Assembly (NCBI GenBank): GCA_041494685.1 | Contig: JBGQBE010000035.1 | Span: 1 to 34,020, forward strand | From: Dehalococcoidia bacterium | GTDB taxonomy: Bacteria > Chloroflexota > Dehalococcoidia > DSTF01 > JACRBR01 | DNA: 34,020 nucleotides | Direction of reading: 5' to 3' | Shown here: positions 29,106 to 34,020 of the stretch, in pieces | How positions within the stretch are numbered: the first letter of the stretch is position 1 | Layout: each line of letters begins with the position of its first letter | Translations under genes and position numbers: made by a program | The notes under the pieces: model-generated | Seen by the model: only the letters and a program-made list of their open reading frames with translations | Database searches by the model: none | What the model was told of the DNA's origin: nothing

Positions 29106-29876
29106 ATGACATCGAGCCTCGAGACCCTGTACGGAGAGGAACCGGACGTGACCGATCCCACGACCCCACCTGAGACGGATAACAAGACGGCGCTGGTGAT
29201 CGCCGCCCACCCGGACGACGCCGACTTCGGCGCGGCCGGCACCAGCTACCTCTGGTCGCAGCAGGGGTGGACGTTCAACTACCTGGTCTGCACCGACGGC
29301 TCCAAGGGCACGGCAGACGCCGGCATGTCGCCTAGCGACCTGATCCGCATCCGCCGCGACGAGCAGCGCGAGGCGGCGCGGCGGGCCGGGGCGAAGGAGG
29401 TCTTCTTCCTGGACCACGTCGACGGCGAGCTGCAGGCGACGCGCGAATTCCTTGGCGACGTAGTCCGGCACATCCGCATGCTCAAACCGTACGCCGTCTT
29501 CACGCACGACCCCGAGGCGTTCATCGTCCGGAACAGCTTCATCAACCACTCCGACCACCGCACGACCGGACACATCGCCATGGACGCCATCTACCCGTCC
29601 GCCCGCGACCGGCTGAACTTCCCCGAGCAGATCGCCGAGGGGCTGGAGACGCATAACGTGAAGGAGATCTACATCTGGGGGTCGGAGAAGGCGAACTTCG
29701 ACGTGGACATCTCCGACGTGGTCGAGCAGAAGATCCACGCGCTCAACGCGCACGTCAGCCAGGGCCTGGGCGCTGACAACCCCGACAGCGAGTTCCTGAA
29801 GTTCGTGCGCGACCGCTGGCGCGGCGAGGACGGGCGCTACACCGAGCGGTTCCGCCGCGTCGTGCTCTTCCGGTAA
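29106..29876 (+). CDS. PIG-L/LmbE family deacetylase (alternative start GTG 29148)
   Basis: AHPDDAD, TDGSKG, RRDEQREAA, HSDH, VDISD, AHVSQ. Confidence 0.92.
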   Translation: MTSSLETLYGEEPDVTDPTTPPETDNKTALVIAAHPDDADFGAAGTSYLWSQQGWTFNYLVCTDGSKGTADAGMSPSDLIRIRRDEQREAARRAGAKEVFFLDHVDGELQATREFLGDVVRHIRMLKPYAVFTHDPEAFIVRNSFINHSDHRTTGHIAMDAIYPSARDRLNFPEQIAEGLETHNVKEIYIWGSEKANFDVDISDVVEQKIHALNAHVSQGLGADNPDSEFLKFVRDRWRGEDGRYTERFRRVVLFR

Positions 29877-30018
29877 CGTCGCCGCCGGCCACACAGGCCG
29901 GCTCGTCGTCGCGATCGTCGCGGCACTATTTTTCGCAACTCACGGTCGCGAACCGTTCACTATGGACGCCAAAGGTGCTACTATCCGCTGCGGCGGGGCA
30001 CTGGAAGTTGGGGTCGTG

Positions 30019-30579
30019 GTGAAGCGGATCGCAGGAGTATGCGCCGTCGCCCTCGCGCTCGCGTGGGCTCTCTCTCTCGGTAACAGCACAGCATCGGCAA
30101 AGGGACCCGATCCCCTGATCGATCCGCCTCAAGGCGCAGCGGCATCGCGCTTCCAGATCGTCGGGCAGATCGGCTGGACGCCGGGTGCCACCGTCACGAT
30201 TAGTTACGGCTTCTCCGACGCGCCTCCGGGTGACGGCTACGCGGGCCCGTTCTGGAACGAGCAGCGGGTAACCGTGCTGCGCGACGGCACGTGGAGCTTC
30301 CCCACGGTCGTGAACGACCGCATCCTGCCGTTCCCACTCTGGCGTCCGGGGTACATCGTGGTGAAGGCGGTCAGCGGCGACCGCCTCGCGATCAACAGCT
30401 ACCTCTACACGGTTGACGGCCACAGCCCGGCGGGGTTGCCGCCACTGGCCAGCTTCGGGTTCGGGCCGGGTGGTAGCGGGCATGGCGGAGCCGTCGCCCT
30501 GACGATCGCGCTGTTCGCCGCGGCGACAGGTGCCCTGCTGGCCGTAGGCGGCGCGTTCCGCAGGCGCGAGGCGGCGTAG
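30019..30579 (+). CDS. Secreted protein with C-terminal TM anchor and basic tail
   Basis: Signal peptide KRIAGVCAVALALAWALSLGNSTASA; C-terminal hydrophobic helix followed by RRR; start uncertain (29962/30016/30019). Confidence 0.65.
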   Translation: MKRIAGVCAVALALAWALSLGNSTASAKGPDPLIDPPQGAAASRFQIVGQIGWTPGATVTISYGFSDAPPGDGYAGPFWNEQRVTVLRDGTWSFPTVVNDRILPFPLWRPGYIVVKAVSGDRLAINSYLYTVDGHSPAGLPPLASFGFGPGGSGHGGAVALTIALFAAATGALLAVGGAFRRREAA

Positions 30580-30582
30580 ACC

Positions 30583-32544
30583 CTACACCTCAAGCCCCAG
30601 GTCACGCAGGAACGCGTCGGTGTTCGGCTCGCGGCCCAGGAAGTCGCGCACAAGCACGTCGCCGTCCACACTGCCGCCGCGCTCCAGGATCGTGTGACGG
30701 TAGTGCATGCCGGTTGCACGGTCGAGCAGGCCCGCGGCCTCGAAGCGCGTGAACATGTCGTCGCCGAAGACGCGCGACCACAGATAGCCGTAGTAGCCCG
30801 CGTCGTAGCCGAACAGGTGCCCGAAGCCCGACTGAAAGTGCGTGCCCTCAGAGTACGGGAAGCCGGTGATCGGGTAGAGCTCTCGCAGCGCCTTCATCGT
30901 GTCGCCGTCGAATCCCGCGGAGTGGAACGCCAGGTCCATCCGCGCGAAGAAGAGCTGCCGCCGCTCCTTGAGGCCCGAGCTGAGGTGCTTGGCGCGGATC
31001 ATCGCTCCCAGCAGCGCATCCGGCAGCGGTGCGCCGGTCTGGTGGTGGCGCGCGAAGCGGTTCAACATGGCGTGGTCCCACACCCAGTGCTCCAACATCT
31101 GCGACGGCGCCTCGACGAAGTCGCGCTCGGTAGACGTGCCGCTGAACTCGAGGAAACGCGCCTTCGTCAGCGTCTGATGCAGGATGTGGCCGAACTCGTG
31201 GAAGAAGGTGACGACCTCCGTGTGGCGCAGCAGCGACGGCGCGTCCGGCGTCGGCTTCGTGAAGTTGGCGACGATGGCGCTGACCGGCTGCTGGTACGTC
31301 CCGTCCGGCAGCTCGCGGCCGCCGCGGAGCGTGAACGCCGCCGCGTGGCCGAACTTGTTCGGGCGCGGGTAGAGGTCCATGTAGAAGCGCGCGAAGGGCG
31401 CCGCGCCGTCCGCATCGCAGATGTCGTACGCCTGCACGTCATCGTGCCACTTCGGCGCGCCGGGCGCGGCCTCGTAGCGGATGCCCAGCAGCTCCTGCGT
31501 CACCAGGAACAGCCCATCGACGCACGCCTGCAGCGGGAAGTAGTTGGCGATCTCGAAGTCGTCGACGGCGTACTCTGTCTTCAGCAGGCGGTTCGTCTCG
31601 AACCACCAGTCCCAGATGTGCACCTCGGGATCCAGCCCGCGCGCGGTCTTCGCGCGCGACAGCCGCTCGATGTCCTGGCGCGCCTTCACGGCGAGCCGCT
31701 CGTCGAGGTCGCGCAGGAAGCGGTCGACGTGCTCCGGATTCTTCGCCATGCGCTTCTCGGTCACGTACGCGGCCCACGACGCGTAGCCGAGCAGGCGCGC
31801 GATCTGCGTTCGGACGCCGATCGCCTCCTCCAACACCGCGATGTTCGCCTCGCCGCCCTTGTTCTGGTTCTTCAGGAACAGGTCTCGGCGCCAGTGCTCC
31901 GACTCCGCGTTGTCCATGAACGGCATGATCTCGGGATAGTCCAGCGAGACGCGGTACTTCTTCTCGCCGCCCTCCTCGACGGTGCGCAGCCCGTCGATCC
32001 AGCGGTCCGGCATGCCCGCCAAGTCCTCGCGCGACACGACGATCGCGTCGTCCCACGTGTCGATCGCCTTGCGGAACTGCGTGCCCAGCTCCACCAGCCG
32101 GTTCATCAGCGCCTGTACCTGCTCGCGCTGCTTCTTCGGCAGCTCGAAGCCGTTGCGGCGATAGTCGCGCAGCGCCCACTCGACCAGCCGCTGCTCCTCG
32201 CCACGCAGCGCCGCCGCCTCGGCCGAGGCCGCGTACTCGCGCACGGCGTTGTAGAGGTCCTCGCGAAAGCCCAGCTCCACAGCGTACTTGCCGAGCCGTT
32301 CGTCCCAGTCGCGCGCGGTCTCGCGCAGCGCGTCGTCTTCGGCGACGTAGGCCATGAACGCGTACGTGCCGGACGCCTGCTGGACCAGGTCGGCGGCGGA
32401 CTCGAGCGCGGCGAAGGTGTTGCGAAACGTCCGCTGCGTCGCCGGCGTCGCGACGATCTCCGCGATAGCGGTGTCGCAGCGCTCCATCGCCTCGCGGCAG
32501 GCGCGCTCGATCTCGGCGGGGGTCAGTTGTTGGAAGTCGATCAT
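30583..32544 (-). CDS. M3 family metallopeptidase (thimet oligopeptidase-like)
   Basis: DLYPRPNK.GHAA, FHEFGH zinc motif, DFVEAPSQMLEHW, GYDAGYYGYLWS; GAGGAG SD. Confidence 0.94.
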   Translation of the reverse strand: MIDFQQLTPAEIERACREAMERCDTAIAEIVATPATQRTFRNTFAALESAADLVQQASGTYAFMAYVAEDDALRETARDWDERLGKYAVELGFREDLYNAVREYAASAEAAALRGEEQRLVEWALRDYRRNGFELPKKQREQVQALMNRLVELGTQFRKAIDTWDDAIVVSREDLAGMPDRWIDGLRTVEEGGEKKYRVSLDYPEIMPFMDNAESEHWRRDLFLKNQNKGGEANIAVLEEAIGVRTQIARLLGYASWAAYVTEKRMAKNPEHVDRFLRDLDERLAVKARQDIERLSRAKTARGLDPEVHIWDWWFETNRLLKTEYAVDDFEIANYFPLQACVDGLFLVTQELLGIRYEAAPGAPKWHDDVQAYDICDADGAAPFARFYMDLYPRPNKFGHAAAFTLRGGRELPDGTYQQPVSAIVANFTKPTPDAPSLLRHTEVVTFFHEFGHILHQTLTKARFLEFSGTSTERDFVEAPSQMLEHWVWDHAMLNRFARHHQTGAPLPDALLGAMIRAKHLSSGLKERRQLFFARMDLAFHSAGFDGDTMKALRELYPITGFPYSEGTHFQSGFGHLFGYDAGYYGYLWSRVFGDDMFTRFEAAGLLDRATGMHYRHTILERGGSVDGDVLVRDFLGREPNTDAFLRDLGLEV

Positions 32545-32649
32545 CACGTGGCTCCTCGAAGCTGCCCTGGCGCGCGTGTCCCGAAAGCCTATCGACCCTC
32601 CGGCAGCCGCGCCACGGGCCGCTGGACATCGCTGCGATACACTGGGCGC

Positions 32650-34020
32650 GTGAGCCGCACCGCCCGCATCGCCCTGTTGCAGCTTCCGGCGTTCGCCATC
32701 GAGGACGCCGAGGCGTCACTCGCGCACACTCTGCGCCGGATCGACGAGACAGCCGCGCGCGAGAAGCCCGACATCATCGCGCTGCCGGAAGTCACCTACC
32801 CGCCCTACTTCATCGGCCCGGACGGCATGTCGCGCCCTGGCGTGCTACCGCCGCGCGAGGCCGCGGCGCGCTTCGCGGCGAAGGCGCGCGAGCACGGCAT
32901 CTACATCGCCGCGGGGATGGCGCTTGAGGCGGAGGACGGCGCGCTGATGAACGGCGCCGCGCTCTTCGGGCGCGACGGCTCGCTCGCCGGCCAGTACGCC
33001 AAGTCGTTCCTCTGGCACTTCGACGAGCGCTGGTTCCGCCGCGGCAGCGCGTACCCGGTCTTCGAGACAGACGTAGGACGCATCGGCATGCTGGTGTGCG
33101 CCGACGGCCGCCTGCCCGAGATCGTGCGCTGCCTGGCGCTCGACGGCGCGCAACTCATCCTCGACCTGACGGCCTGGGTGAGCGCCGCGCGGCACGTGCA
33201 GGACCTGACGACGATCCAGTGCGAGTACCTGATGCCCGTGCGGGCCGCCGAGAATGGCGTCTGGATCGCCGCGGCGGACAAGTTCGGCTTAGAGGCGGAG
33301 AGCATCGTCTACGCGGGGCGGTCGTGCGTGATCAACCCGCGCGGCGAGTACGCGGCGCAGCTCGGCCCGGACGAGGAGGCCGCGCTGGTGTACGACGTGC
33401 CGGTGGAGGACGCGGCGCCGCCCGTGACGCGCCGCCCCGAGCTGTACGAGACGCTGACGCACCCCACGCAGAGCCTGCCCGTCCTGCGCACGCTCGACGA
33501 GCCGTTCGTCATGTCCGAGCACGAGCGCCGCGTCGCCGCCGTGCAGATGGCTATGCCGGCGGACGGGGCCACGTTCGTCGCGGCGGCGCGGCGGCACGTC
33601 GAGCGGCTGGCGCTCCACGACGCCGACATCGTGCTCTTCCCGGCGACGCCCTCGCGCCTGCGTGCGGCGTACGCGCACGACGAAGTGCTGGCGGGAATGC
33701 GGGCGATCGCCGCCGAGACCGGCGTCTGCGTCGCGTTCACGGTGTCCGAGCCGGACGCCACCGGCTGGCGGGCGATGTACCTGCTTGGGCCGCGCGGCGT
33801 CATCGCGAAGCACCGCCAGTCGCACAAGCCACCCGGCGCGCGCTTCGAGACGATGCCGCTGGGCGACGAGGTCTGCCCCGTCGCGAGCACGCCCGCCGGC
33901 CGCGTGGGGTTGCTGGTCGCGGCCGAGGCGTACGCGCCGGAGGTGGCGCGCTCGCTGATGCTGCGCGGCGCGGAGATCCTGCTGTGGGCGTCGGACGATC
34001 CGGCACTGCCGATGACGCTG
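32650..34020 (+). CDS. Carbon-nitrogen hydrolase (nitrilase superfamily) with two tandem domains, 3' truncated; absent from ORF track because it has no stop in the window
   Basis: My translation from GTG 32650: RIALLQ, IIALPE (Glu 32788), YAKSFLW (Lys 33001), IGMLVCADG (Cys 33097), RAAENG, RRPELY; second domain starts near 33526 (RVAAVQ). Confidence 0.9.
   Translation, partial: MSRTARIALLQLPAFAIEDAEASLAHTLRRIDETAAREKPDIIALPEVTYPPYFIGPDGMSRPGVLPPREAAARFAAKAREHGIYIAAGMALEAEDGALMNGAALFGRDGSLAGQYAKSFLWHFDERWFRRGSAYPVFETDVGRIGMLVCADGRLPEIVRCLALDGAQLILDLTAWVSAARHVQDLTTIQCEYLMPVRAAENGVWIAAADKFGLEAESIVYAGRSCVINPRGEYAAQLGPDEEAALVYDVPVEDAAPPVTRRPELYETLTHPTQSLPVLRTLDEPFVMSEHERRVAAVQMAMPADGATFVAAARRHVERLALHDADIVLFPATPSRLRAAYAHDEVLAGMRAIAAETGVCVAFTVSEPDATGWRAMYLLGPRGVIAKHRQSHKPPGARFETMPLGDEVCPVASTPAGRVGLLVAAEAYAPEVARSLMLRGAEILLWASDDPALPMTL

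Overview
GC-rich bacterial chromosomal window, most likely Chloroflexota (Dehalococcoidia-like); this is inferred from gene content (F420-dependent enzymes, clpC/recO/pcrA/cinA styles), not proven. It holds about 33 CDSs, a tRNA-Gln(TTG), a c-di-GMP-I (GEMM) riboswitch, several intrinsic terminators and many TANNNT -10 promoters, six apparently leaderless. No integrase, IS, prophage or CRISPR array was seen. Two loci stand out. (1) A c-di-GMP riboswitch precedes a secreted S8 subtilase ending in six perfect SIRWG pentapeptide repeats, followed by a stand-alone multi-pass membrane sensor-like protein with no output domain: a candidate protease/peptide/receptor signalling module. (2) A Ku gene is translationally coupled to a full-length LigD-type ligase that has lost its adenylated lysine and other catalytic residues (candidate pseudo-ligase). 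Also noted: a tandem nitrilase with a catalytically dead second domain, a type II pantothenate kinase, an orphan gmd, and dispersed degenerate 7-bp intergenic repeat arrays.
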